From a virus, in the UHGV virus genome UHGV-0173438: 57,264 nt of DNA; one strand, given 5' to 3'. The notes beneath the pieces were generated by a model that saw nothing but the letters and a program-made list of their open reading frames with translations, did no database searches and was not told the origin of the DNA. Below are positions 48,323 through 57,264 of the stretch, in pieces. The translations under genes and the position numbers were made by a program. How positions within the stretch are numbered: position 1 is the first letter of the stretch; each line of letters starts with the position of its first letter.

Positions 48323-50529
48323 GTAAAAAAGCAAACGTTAAATTAGGAAATGATATAATTCAAAATATTGATAATGTACAATTAGAAGATGCAGATAATC
48401 AAGGTGAATATGTCGAATTTAATTTATTAAATAACCAAGAAAAAACAGTAGAATTATCATTAGCAGAGGGTAATCAAGAAGTTATAAAAGATGAGGATTA
48501 TACTGGTATTAATAAAGTAACAATAAAAAAGCCAGCCACATTAGAAAGTCAAAATATAAGAAAAGGAATAAATATTGCTGGTGTTAAAGGAATATTCGAA
48601 GGTGGCTCTAAGGTTCAAGCAAATGTAACAACTACTGATACGGATCCGTATTTAACTAGTTTACAAATCGATGAAAATAAATATCGGGTTAAAAGTTATG
48701 ATAATGACATAACTCAAATTAATGAAACAATTGAAGCAATGTACCACGAAATTAATAATAACGCCGATAGTATACGACAAGTAGGTTCTGAAACCTCAGA
48801 TAATACATCATCAATACAAACTATTAATACAAATATATCAACATTAAATACAAATGTAGATAAAAATACACAAGATATTGAGAGTATTAATACAAATATA
48901 TCAACATTAAATACAAATGTTAATAAAAATACACAAGATATTGAGAGTATTAATACAAATATATCAACATTAAATACAAATGTAGATAAAAATACACAAG
49001 ATATTGAGAGTATTAATACAAATGTTAATAAAAATACACAAGATATTGAGAATATTAATACAAATATATCAACATTAAATACAAATGTTAATAAAAATAC
49101 ACAAGATATTGAGAGTATTAATACAAATGGTACTATAAGAAGAGTAGAAGAATTACCTGTAAATGCCACTTGTTTCTTTATAATTGTTGACAAATATGGT
49201 GTTACACAACCTACTAACTATTTCGACAATAAATATTGGTATGTTAACCCCGAACCTGTTGCCACATTAAACGATTTGCCTACAGCAAATGCTGATAACA
49301 AAAATAAGATATATTATGTAACAGCTCAAAGTAAAGCGTATTGTTGTTATACAGCTGATAATACTACTTATAATTGGGTTGTTTTAGATACTATTCTAAC
49401 AAATTTAGGTCAAACTATTACTTATGTTGCTGAAAGACCTTTAATTAAAAATCGTGTTGCTAGTCAAGGCTATTTTGTGTACAATAATACTGATTTACCT
49501 AATGTTAATGATTTTTATGAAGTGGAAGTTGTTACTGATAGTGGTACAATTGAAAACTTTAGTAAAACAAACGATATAACTATTCTATCAAGTGATGAAA
49601 TTTCATATGTTAATCCCACTACTTTTCCATTTCATATAATCGGTGTCAAATCACTTCCTACTACTCCTACGGCTTATAATGCAGTTAGTGGCACAACCAT
49701 TGCATATATTGTAGAAGAAAATAACTTAGGTTTAGGTGCTTATATTAATGGCACTATGATTTATGGTCAAGCACTTTTAAATGCTTTAGGCTTAAGTAAT
49801 GTAACTTATAAAGGCTTAGTAAATGAAACAAATTTTCCTAGTTCTTTAGATGCTACTACTACACAAGCACAATTATACGTTTACCTTATGAAAGACCATT
49901 TCCTATTCCAATTTAAAGACAAAGATATTGGTTATTCTTATGTTGATAATGATGGGGAGATTAAAAAATATATTAGCAATATTAGCAATAACGTCAATGT
50001 TTATTTTGAAAATAGTTTATTATTAAAATATATTAAGGAGTACAAAATTCCTATAAAATTCATATCTTATGGCTATAGCACTAGAGATTTAATAGGTAAT
50101 AGTCAACAAGTTTTAAAATATAATACTAATCTCAGTCTTGGTAATCTCCAAGTGATGTATTATACTTCTTCTACTATGACTACTACTGAACATATTTTTT
50201 CATATTTATCAATTAAGAAAGCTACTAGTAGTAATTTTGCTAATAATGTTTTATTGTGTAAGTTTTTAAATGATACTATGCTTGTTAATGCAAGAAATGG
50301 TGTAGCAACAACTTATGGCCTATATGGCGGTTTTACTCAAGTTGATGTCAATTATGACTCAAATACTTTACAAGTAAACGGTGCCAATCAATTACAAGTC
50401 AAAACTGGTACAGGAATAAAAAGTACTGCAAATGGTATAGCAGTTGATTTAGTAGCGGGGGATGGAATATCGATAACTGATAACACAATTTCAGTTGATT
50501 TAGATAATTATGATGGAGGTAGTTTCTAA
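48319..50529 (+). CDS. tail fiber/receptor-binding protein with coiled-coil stalk
   Basis: NIRKGINIAGV.G, heptad repeats, LP.A modules, C-terminal AG.GI.I repeats. Confidence 0.65.
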   Translation: MSKKANVKLGNDIIQNIDNVQLEDADNQGEYVEFNLLNNQEKTVELSLAEGNQEVIKDEDYTGINKVTIKKPATLESQNIRKGINIAGVKGIFEGGSKVQANVTTTDTDPYLTSLQIDENKYRVKSYDNDITQINETIEAMYHEINNNADSIRQVGSETSDNTSSIQTINTNISTLNTNVDKNTQDIESINTNISTLNTNVNKNTQDIESINTNISTLNTNVDKNTQDIESINTNVNKNTQDIENINTNISTLNTNVNKNTQDIESINTNGTIRRVEELPVNATCFFIIVDKYGVTQPTNYFDNKYWYVNPEPVATLNDLPTANADNKNKIYYVTAQSKAYCCYTADNTTYNWVVLDTILTNLGQTITYVAERPLIKNRVASQGYFVYNNTDLPNVNDFYEVEVVTDSGTIENFSKTNDITILSSDEISYVNPTTFPFHIIGVKSLPTTPTAYNAVSGTTIAYIVEENNLGLGAYINGTMIYGQALLNALGLSNVTYKGLVNETNFPSSLDATTTQAQLYVYLMKDHFLFQFKDKDIGYSYVDNDGEIKKYISNISNNVNVYFENSLLLKYIKEYKIPIKFISYGYSTRDLIGNSQQVLKYNTNLSLGNLQVMYYTSSTMTTTEHIFSYLSIKKATSSNFANNVLLCKFLNDTMLVNARNGVATTYGLYGGFTQVDVNYDSNTLQVNGANQLQVKTGTGIKSTANGIAVDLVAGDGISITDNTISVDLDNYDGGSF
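48822..49129 (+). repeat. 63-bp coding tandem repeat (INTNISTLNTNV[D/N]KNTQDIES)
   Basis: four 63-bp units plus one 42-bp unit and a partial; all heptad multiples. Confidence 0.9.
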
Positions 50530-51482
50530 TGGCTAGACCAACAAATAAAGGACTTGTTTCTAAACAAAATCTAGTTAATATTGGTAATGCTATAAGAACA
50601 AAAACGGGTGAAACTGCCCCCATTGCTCTTACGGATATGCCTAGTAAAATTCTTGCCTTAGGAACGGCTGAAAACCCTCTAATTGCAACAAGTGATAGTG
50701 AAATGGCTACATATCTTGCTGATGCTGATAAAAGCGGTATGTTTGTTCAATTCAATGGCACTAGTACAACCTACGTAAATGGTGAAGTTTATCGCATTAT
50801 GGATAGTGGGGACACAACACAATACGTGCCTATGAGCGATATCAAAGTAGAACAAGAAAAATCTATCACGATTACTGAAAATGGCTCAACTTCCGTTATT
50901 CCTGATACTGGCAAAACTTTAAGTAAAGTCAATATTACAACTAATGTTCCTCAAGGTAGTATTGACAAAGGCATTGTATTTTCAAATTTTAATAAAGCTG
51001 AATATCCTACTGAAGTGTCACTTATTAATATAAAAGCAATTCCCAATGAATTTTTTTATAGCATATTTAATAAAGGAACAGGAACAATAGGTAGTAATAT
51101 AACTAATATAAGCATTTTAGAAGGGATAACAAGCATAGGTTATGGTAGTTTTTATGATTGTTCTAGTCTTACAAATATTTCACTTCCTAACTCATTAACA
51201 ACGATAGAAGAAGGAGCATTATCTAAATGTAATGGTCTAACAACATTAACTATCCCAACAAATGTTTCTACTATTGGCAGAATTGCGTTAACAATAGGAT
51301 CAACTATTAACAAAGCAACAATAATAATGAAAGGTTTATTCCCACCAAAAATTCAAAGTGATACATTTAATGCTAGTTATTTAAACAAAATTTACGTTCC
51401 TAGTGCTTCAGTGACACAATACAAAAACGCAACAAATTGGGCTAATTTTGCCGATTATATAGAGGCTGACCCTAATGAATAA
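50529..51482 (+). CDS. BspA-type leucine-rich-repeat virion protein
   Basis: ITSIG.GSFYDCSSLTNISLPNSLTTIE; IYVP..SV..YK.ATNW cap. Confidence 0.8.
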   Translation: MARPTNKGLVSKQNLVNIGNAIRTKTGETAPIALTDMPSKILALGTAENPLIATSDSEMATYLADADKSGMFVQFNGTSTTYVNGEVYRIMDSGDTTQYVPMSDIKVEQEKSITITENGSTSVIPDTGKTLSKVNITTNVPQGSIDKGIVFSNFNKAEYPTEVSLINIKAIPNEFFYSIFNKGTGTIGSNITNISILEGITSIGYGSFYDCSSLTNISLPNSLTTIEEGALSKCNGLTTLTIPTNVSTIGRIALTIGSTINKATIIMKGLFPPKIQSDTFNASYLNKIYVPSASVTQYKNATNWANFADYIEADPNE

Positions 51483-51497
51483 GAGAGGTGATATTAA

Positions 51498-52388
51498 ATG
51501 AGTGTTTATGTACAATACGGAAAAGTAGGAAAACCTATAAAATATACAACATTACCTACTGCTAGTGCAACCTTGAATGGTGTTATAGGGCAAGTAGGTG
51601 AAGATATTTATTTATGCAATGGGACTACGTGGGAAAAACAAATTAATGAAGGAAGTACATCTAATAATCCACTTATTGCTACTACTGAAACGGAAATGAC
51701 TAATTATTTAAACGATACGACTAAAGTAGGTATGTTTGTCAAATATACTGGACCACAAACGACTAATTACTTTCACAATGGAATTTATCAAATCACAACC
51801 GAAAATAATGTTGCTGTTTTTTCTTATTATACAAAAATTGAGCCTTATCAACAACTTATTTTTAATTTTAGTAATAGTACCCTTACTGCAGAGTCTGTTA
51901 CTTTAATACCTATTGATTATGAGGATACAGGGGACTATAGTATAACGGACATTTGTCGTAATTTATTTCATGGTGGTAAGTCTGGCGACTTAATACCATT
52001 AACGGATAAAATAAAAACAATAACAGTTCCTGAAAAAACAACTGTTCTTGAAGGGTCAGCATTTTATAATTGTTATGGTTTGACTAGTATTTCATTGCCT
52101 AGTAGTTTAACTTTTATTGGTGATTTAGCATTCGGCAATTGTAGAGGTTTAACCGAAATAACAATTCCCGTAAATGTTACTGAAATAGGTGATGGTGCAT
52201 TCCAATTGGACTCAGCACAAAACAATGTTGTATATCACGTAAAACCTATTCAACCACCTATTTTAGGAGTTGAGGTATTTAGAAACGATTTAGCGGATAT
52301 AAAAATATATGTTCATAAAGGCTCATTAGAATTATACAAACATGCTACTAATTGGGCTGAATATGCGACTATTATTTATGCCGAATAG
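51498..52388 (+). CDS. BspA-type leucine-rich-repeat virion protein (paralog)
   Basis: AFYNCYGLTSISLPSSLTFIGDLAF; YKHATNW cap; shares the NPLIAT domain. Confidence 0.8.
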   Translation: MSVYVQYGKVGKPIKYTTLPTASATLNGVIGQVGEDIYLCNGTTWEKQINEGSTSNNPLIATTETEMTNYLNDTTKVGMFVKYTGPQTTNYFHNGIYQITTENNVAVFSYYTKIEPYQQLIFNFSNSTLTAESVTLIPIDYEDTGDYSITDICRNLFHGGKSGDLIPLTDKIKTITVPEKTTVLEGSAFYNCYGLTSISLPSSLTFIGDLAFGNCRGLTEITIPVNVTEIGDGAFQLDSAQNNVVYHVKPIQPPILGVEVFRNDLADIKIYVHKGSLELYKHATNWAEYATIIYAE

Positions 52389-52408
52389 AGAAAGAGAGGT
52401 GAAAAAGA

Positions 52409-52606
52409 ATGATAGAATTAAAAAATGAATATCCATATAATGGGAAAGATAATTTAATAAAGCATTACGCACAAGATAATGAAGGTAATTATTATTACAT
52501 TATTCAAAACGAAACCGGTATAAAATATTCTTCAGCAATAGATGTTTATCCTTGTAGATACACTTACTCAACTACTACTGAAATTATCAAAAAGGAAGAG
52601 ATATAA
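52409..52606 (+). CDS. small protein following the LRR fibers (possible chaperone)
   Basis: I.Q.ETG..Y..AID...Y.Y..T pattern. Confidence 0.55.
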   Translation: MIELKNEYPYNGKDNLIKHYAQDNEGNYYYIIQNETGIKYSSAIDVYPCRYTYSTTTEIIKKEEI

Positions 52607-52608
52607 TC

Positions 52609-53322
52609 ATGATGAAATATCCATCTCTTATACCAGATAAAGTTAAAAGTTGGGATTATTATCTAAAGAAATTACCTCTCTATTTACAAAATTCATATGG
52701 ATTTAATGACCATTTTTATATTTTATATGAGCTGCTTTGTCAAATAGAAACAACATCTGTTGAATTGCTTCGAGGTTTAGATTTGTTTGATGAAACAAAA
52801 CAACAGAATTCGGATACGTATATTAATTATTTAAAACAATTTACAAATGACGAATATGTATTTGATTTGCTTGATAAAATTGCAACTATATATAACGTTA
52901 ATAGAAAATTTGATGTTACTTATATTATTAGTGATACTTCTTCTGAAGATTTTGGTAAAGAAAAGACCTATACTCTTGAATTAACAAACAAAGAGTTATT
53001 AATATTAATTTTGACTAAATCAATTCTGTCTGCGTTTGATGGTACTTATTATAGTGCAAGAGAATTATATGATAAAATTAAATTACCAATTTACATTTAT
53101 ACCCAAGATGCAACAAATGTTAAATTAATTCTTGATACAAGTATAACGGAAAATCCTGATGAAAGCGATATAATTGTAATTACTGAAAACATAAAACATA
53201 TGTTTAATGCTGGTTTATTTACATTAAATTCGATGGGAGTAAATTATACAACTGAAACACTTAAAATTTCAACTCTTGCAAAATGGGATGAAAGTAAATG
53301 GGATGAAGGAGTTTGGTTGTAA
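52609..53322 (+). CDS. baseplate wedge protein (DUF2612-like)
   Basis: LLD.IA....V.R, L...EL..I..K..FDGT, GV.Y. Confidence 0.55.
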   Translation: MMKYPSLIPDKVKSWDYYLKKLPLYLQNSYGFNDHFYILYELLCQIETTSVELLRGLDLFDETKQQNSDTYINYLKQFTNDEYVFDLLDKIATIYNVNRKFDVTYIISDTSSEDFGKEKTYTLELTNKELLILILTKSILSAFDGTYYSARELYDKIKLPIYIYTQDATNVKLILDTSITENPDESDIIVITENIKHMFNAGLFTLNSMGVNYTTETLKISTLAKWDESKWDEGVWL

Positions 53323-53690
53323 TGAAATGTAGACAAATGATAAATGGAAATATTGTTTGGTTTGGAAGTATAGGAAAAGATGAACAAGGTAACGCAATAT
53401 TTGTTGAAGATAAAAAAAGTTATGTTTCTAATCAAGACGCAATTGCAAATTCATTAACTGAAAAATTAAATGTTTTACAAAACGAATTGTGGTATAATAT
53501 TAATTATGGTATACCTTTGTTTAACAAGTATAAGTCAAAAGCAATAATGGACGCATATATAACGAATGAAATATTATCTCAAAAAGGAGTTAAAAATATC
53601 ATTACATTTACCTCAACCTTTGTTAAACATTCTTATAGTTGCTATGCCAAAATAAACACAGTATACGGAGTATTAGAAGTTCAAATATAG
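53313..53690 (+). CDS. gp25/gp46-like sheath initiator
   Basis: L..L.NELWYN..YGIP, I....GV..I..F, INTVYG. Confidence 0.7.
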   Translation: MVVMKCRQMINGNIVWFGSIGKDEQGNAIFVEDKKSYVSNQDAIANSLTEKLNVLQNELWYNINYGIPLFNKYKSKAIMDAYITNEILSQKGVKNIITFTSTFVKHSYSCYAKINTVYGVLEVQI

Positions 53691-53693
53691 TTC

Positions 53694-53778
53694 AAAATTT
53701 AACTCTGGATGAATTTTCTAAATGAGATTTAATATTTATATTAAATTATTATTGAAAGTTTATCTAGGGTTAAATTTT
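53694..53778. repeat. long imperfect palindrome (family member; probable terminator role)
   Basis: aaaatttaactctggatgaattttc / gaaagtttatctagggttaaatttt; mismatches are all G-T on the + strand. Confidence 0.7.
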
Positions 53779-53797
53779 ATAAATATAATAAAATAAT

Positions 53798-53826
53798 TAT
53801 ACATTTATATGAGAATATGATATAAT
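53798..53826 (+). promoter_or_regulatory. sigmaA-type promoter
   Basis: TATACA-17-TATAAT with extended TG; AAGGAG RBS downstream. Confidence 0.6.
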
Positions 53827-53857
53827 ATTATATATAATAAATAGAAAGGAGTTTAGT

Positions 53858-55363
53858 ATGAGAATATTAATTAAAAACAAACTAAGTAATCACAAATATA
53901 AAACACCAGAAGGTTATTTGGTTTGTGTCGATTCACCAATTGCAAGAATTGGACCTCAAGAATATAGATTCAAAGATGTTTATCCGGATTCTGACGACGA
54001 AACAATGATAAGCATTGATAGAAAACCAGAAGATGTTTTTTCAGACGAAACACTTGCCTCTTTTGAAAATAAACCATTAACAAATGAACATCCAATGGAA
54101 AACATTAATCCCGATAATTTTAAAAATTATGTTGTTGGTTTTGCTAGAGATATTCATGAAGGAACATTCGAAGAACAACCAGTTGTTTTAGGAACACTTA
54201 TTTTTACAGATGCAGAAGCTATTTCAGATATTGAAAGTGGTCGAAAAACAGAATTAAGCTGTGGTTATGATTGTGACATTATTAAAGAGAACGGTGTTTT
54301 ATGTCAAAAAAATATAAGAGGTAATCATATTGCATTATGTGAAGCAGGAAGAGCCGGAATTGCAAAAATATTAGACAGCGAAGTTATAGATAAACCTGAT
54401 TTAGAAACAAATTCAGGTAAACAAGATTATTACTTTCAACAACTTATGGCTGCTTTATCAATTCTTAAACCTAGAGATTGGAATAGAGTTGGAACAAAAG
54501 TAAATCTTAACGGAAATAATATCACTTTTACTACAAGCCCACAAGGAATAACTATTTATAATTCTAAAAATGGAAATAAACAACTTGTTACTTCAGAAAA
54601 TGAAGTTAAATTATACATTAAACAACACTACATTAATGATGAATTAATTCAATCGGGTTCTAAAGAGGCTTTACAAAAAAATATCAAAACAGAAATTGAA
54701 AGTGGTAAAGACCCAAAACAAGCAGCAATTGCTTATGCCACAAAAAGAAAGAACGATGTTGATACTAGAGAGGAGTCAACTAAAAAACTTAAAGAAGAAT
54801 TACAAACATATAAGGAGGATTCAATGAAAAAATACTACATAACATATAAGGATTTGTATTTAAATCAACTATTTAAAAATGTTGAAGTTAAAGCAAATTC
54901 TATTAATGAAGCATTGAAAAAAATTGTCAGATTTGGTACTTATGATATAATGGTTATTAAAGTTCAAACAGATACAGAATATTATCCAAAAGTATTTGGT
55001 AGATTATCGGAATTACAAAAACAAAATTTTGAAGATTCATGTGTTAAAGATGAAACAATTGAATATCAAGGATTTAAAATTGAAAAAAATGCAGATACAA
55101 ACGTATACGGAGATGTAATTATTACTTTTGATGGTAAAAAACGTTATTTTGCGAACGTTAAGGAAGCAAAAGAATTTATTGATTTACATGTAAATGATAG
55201 TATAATTAAAGATTCTTCATTGACTCACTCAAAAACAAATATTGCAGAAAAGGCAATGAACATTATTAATAAAATTAAAATACTTAATAAGAAAACTAAT
55301 GATAGTACAATTAAAGATGGTTCATTTGCTCACTCTAAATTAAAAGTTGGTCAAAAAAGATAA
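53858..55363 (+). CDS. DUF2213-like prohead protease with long modular C-terminal extension
   Basis: TPEGYL, IARIG.QEY, R.PEDVF...LASFE.KPLT.EHP, ELSCGY, GNHIAL..GRAG. Confidence 0.88.
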   Translation: MRILIKNKLSNHKYKTPEGYLVCVDSPIARIGPQEYRFKDVYPDSDDETMISIDRKPEDVFSDETLASFENKPLTNEHPMENINPDNFKNYVVGFARDIHEGTFEEQPVVLGTLIFTDAEAISDIESGRKTELSCGYDCDIIKENGVLCQKNIRGNHIALCEAGRAGIAKILDSEVIDKPDLETNSGKQDYYFQQLMAALSILKPRDWNRVGTKVNLNGNNITFTTSPQGITIYNSKNGNKQLVTSENEVKLYIKQHYINDELIQSGSKEALQKNIKTEIESGKDPKQAAIAYATKRKNDVDTREESTKKLKEELQTYKEDSMKKYYITYKDLYLNQLFKNVEVKANSINEALKKIVRFGTYDIMVIKVQTDTEYYPKVFGRLSELQKQNFEDSCVKDETIEYQGFKIEKNADTNVYGDVIITFDGKKRYFANVKEAKEFIDLHVNDSIIKDSSLTHSKTNIAEKAMNIINKIKILNKKTNDSTIKDGSFAHSKLKVGQKR

Positions 55364-55574
55364 AGATTCGATAAGTAATGACCTTGATTTTAGTGATTGC
55401 GCTGCAGAAAAAAATAGACCAAGACTTAGTTATAATGAACAACAAAACAAAGGACGAAAAGAAAGTGGTTAAGATTTCTTGAAAACTTATATAAAAAATA
55501 TACTACAAGAAATGTTAATGACTATGATATATGGTATGATGAAGTATACATAGAGGAAAAGATTTAATATAATC

Positions 55575-55629
55575 ACTAAAGAATTTGAATTAATTAATAA
55601 TTAATTAATTAATTTTCAAATTCTTTAGT
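55575..55629. repeat. long palindrome (family member)
   Basis: actaaagaatttgaa / ttcaaattctttagt around a (ttaa)n core. Confidence 0.7.
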
Positions 55630-55656
55630 AATACTTTAAGAAAGGATTTACTACAA

Positions 55657-56433
55657 ATGAAAGTATTAAATATTAATTTAGCAAAAGATTTAGATTATCT
55701 TGAGCTAATACCTTTAGCAGATACACATTACGGCGATACAAATTGTAATATAGATAAACTAAAGGAAACAATAAACTATATAAAAAATAATAAACATGTA
55801 TATTGCGTTTTAAATGGGGATATAATAGATAACGCAATCAAGCAAAGTGTTGGGGATGTATATTTACAAAAACGAACACCCACTGAGCAATTGGAAGAGA
55901 TTTGCAAATTGTTTGCACCTATTAAAGATAAAATTTTAGCAGTAACAATTGGTAATCATGAATATCGAACATGGAAATTTGATGGCATTGATTTAACAAA
56001 ATTATTTTGTCTTAATTTAGGAATAGAAGATAAATATGCAAGAGAAGCAGCAATGTTATTTGTAAGATTTGGTCAATTAAATAGCCATAATAATTTTCGT
56101 TCTCAATTATATTCAATCTATATGACTCACGGAAGTGGAGGAGGTCGAAAGGAAGGAGCCAAAGCAATTCGTTTAGCTGATATGGCATCAATAATTGATG
56201 CAGATATTTATATACATTCTCATACTCATCTTCCTATGATAATGAAACAAGCATTTTATAGAGCATCAAGAGTTACTTCAAGTGTTCAATTAGTTACCAA
56301 ATTATTTGTTAATACTGCTGCAAACCTTAAATATGGTGGTTATGCGGAAATGGGAGAATTTAAACCATCTTCAACTGATACTCCACATATATTCTTAAGT
56401 GGCAAAGAATATAAAACAAATGCAAGGCTTTAA
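55657..56433 (+). CDS. calcineurin-like metallophosphoesterase
   Basis: DTH.G, GD.ID, GNHE, THG, HSHTH. Confidence 0.88.
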   Translation: MKVLNINLAKDLDYLELIPLADTHYGDTNCNIDKLKETINYIKNNKHVYCVLNGDIIDNAIKQSVGDVYLQKRTPTEQLEEICKLFAPIKDKILAVTIGNHEYRTWKFDGIDLTKLFCLNLGIEDKYAREAAMLFVRFGQLNSHNNFRSQLYSIYMTHGSGGGRKEGAKAIRLADMASIIDADIYIHSHTHLPMIMKQAFYRASRVTSSVQLVTKLFVNTAANLKYGGYAEMGEFKPSSTDTPHIFLSGKEYKTNARL

Positions 56434-56455
56434 AAGGAAAGTAGGGTAAATATTA

Positions 56456-56764
56456 ATGGCAAAAAATAGAATTTATGAAACAATGCAAAGACAAACAAAC
56501 AAAATTTCAAGTGATGCTCAAGACAACGTTACTAAACAAGAGTTTGAAAAATTAGTGACAGAAACTCCTACTGATTTAGCATTTGATAATACAGATAATT
56601 TGGTACTAAAACATGATTCAAAAATCATATCAAAACAAACCCCATTAAGTTTAGGCGCTATGAAGGGACCTATTATTACCATTGAAATTGGTGCACCAGC
56701 AGAATCAAAAGAAGGTTCTAATAAACATTTGTTGACAGTAAATTTTATGATTGGTTTAATATAA
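56456..56764 (+). CDS. hypothetical protein (possibly truncated fiber-like)
   Basis: ORF with RBS. Confidence 0.5.
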   Translation: MAKNRIYETMQRQTNKISSDAQDNVTKQEFEKLVTETPTDLAFDNTDNLVLKHDSKIISKQTPLSLGAMKGPIITIEIGAPAESKEGSNKHLLTVNFMIGLI

Positions 56765-56798
56765 ACTATATTAAATCTGCATAATTGGAGGTTAATAT

Positions 56799-57047
56799 AT
56801 GATTAAACGATTAAATGATATTGAAATACCCATAACTAATTTTGACTTAGATAACTTAAATCTACCAGAAGGAGTATATGAAATTAAAGTAAAGGCAACC
56901 AATTCAAATATAGAATATAGTGATAGTGATTATTCAAATATTGTAATATTTATTATTGATGCATTAAATGAAGTATTAAATGAATTTAAATTCTACAATG
57001 TAGAAGGAAAATATAAATTTATACGAAAGGAGAAAAATAATGAATAG
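56799..57047 (+). CDS. small Fn3-like protein
   Basis: FDL..L..G.Y.I.VKA....SD.SN resembles the units of 47615-48322. Confidence 0.5.
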   Translation: MIKRLNDIEIPITNFDLDNLNLPEGVYEIKVKATNSNIEYSDSDYSNIVIFIIDALNEVLNEFKFYNVEGKYKFIRKEKNNE

Positions 57048-57264
57048 TGTATCCATTTTAACGACATTTATTAGCTCAATTATTGCTATTCTTTCGATAA
57101 TTTTAACGATAATTACTTTTAGTAGAAATGGCACAAAAGATAAAGTGAAAGAACAAAGACAACAAGCAAATCATGATTTAGATATACAAGTTCGATTAAT
57201 TAAAATCGAAACTGATATCAATTATATTAGGCAAAGCATTGATGATAATAAATCATGGCAAAAA
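57040..57264 (+). CDS. N-terminal TM + coiled-coil protein (XhlA/holin-accessory-like), continues at 1-54
   Basis: AAGGAG RBS; hydrophobic N-terminus; open to the window end. Confidence 0.7.
   Translation, partial: MNSVSILTTFISSIIAILSIILTIITFSRNGTKDKVKEQRQQANHDLDIQVRLIKIETDINYIRQSIDDNKSWQK

Noticed and set aside
48822..49129. 63-bp repeats as CRISPR or DGR template
   Set aside because: No spacers; in-frame coiled-coil coding repeat; no reverse transcriptase in the genome
1733..53435. Short antisense or nested ORFs in the track (e.g. 1733-1963, 17140-17508, 25156-25497, 48714-49193)
   Set aside because: They lie opposite or inside well-supported genes, lack an RBS and have shadow-like composition
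1..57264. Stop-codon reassignment (code 4 or 15)
   Set aside because: Long genes are intact in code 11, and TGA/TAG end genes at coupled junctions
1..57264. Prophage with flanking host DNA (BCCT/lic genes as host chromosome)
   Set aside because: The lic genes are coupled to phage genes on both sides, the sequence closes as a circle, and no integrase is seen

Overview
This window looks like a complete, circularly permuted ~57.3-kb genome of a very AT-rich (roughly 25% GC by eye) contractile-tailed dsDNA phage. An ORF starting at 57040 continues in frame into positions 1-54. It uses genetic code 11, Firmicutes-type AGGAG(G) ribosome-binding sites and sigmaA-type promoters. I found no integrase, repressor, tRNA or endolysin. 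The + strand (38356 to end, then 1-6215) carries portal, tail, baseplate, receptor-binding, prohead protease, capsid, sheath and tube genes. The - strand (37668 to 6371) carries early, replication and nucleotide genes plus displaced TerS, TerL and gpF genes. Main points: (1) A complete phosphocholine (lic) pathway (BCCT transporter, choline kinase-cytidylyltransferase fusion, LicD) is tightly coupled to a nucleotide block (NDT-family hydrolase, HD nucleotidase, divergent ThyX, dNMP kinase). It sits directly upstream of dUTPase and a family-B DNA polymerase with altered dNTP-site motifs, making it a candidate phosphocholine DNA hypermodification or surface-decoration system. (2) Two type-P1 twister ribozymes lie between early genes, and each P1 helix overlaps the downstream RBS. 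(3) A ~75-bp promoter-RBS cassette occurs in seven copies. (4) There is a family of long intergenic palindromes, an iteron-like origin candidate and strong GATC avoidance. All assignments come from motif recognition by eye; no database searches were run.
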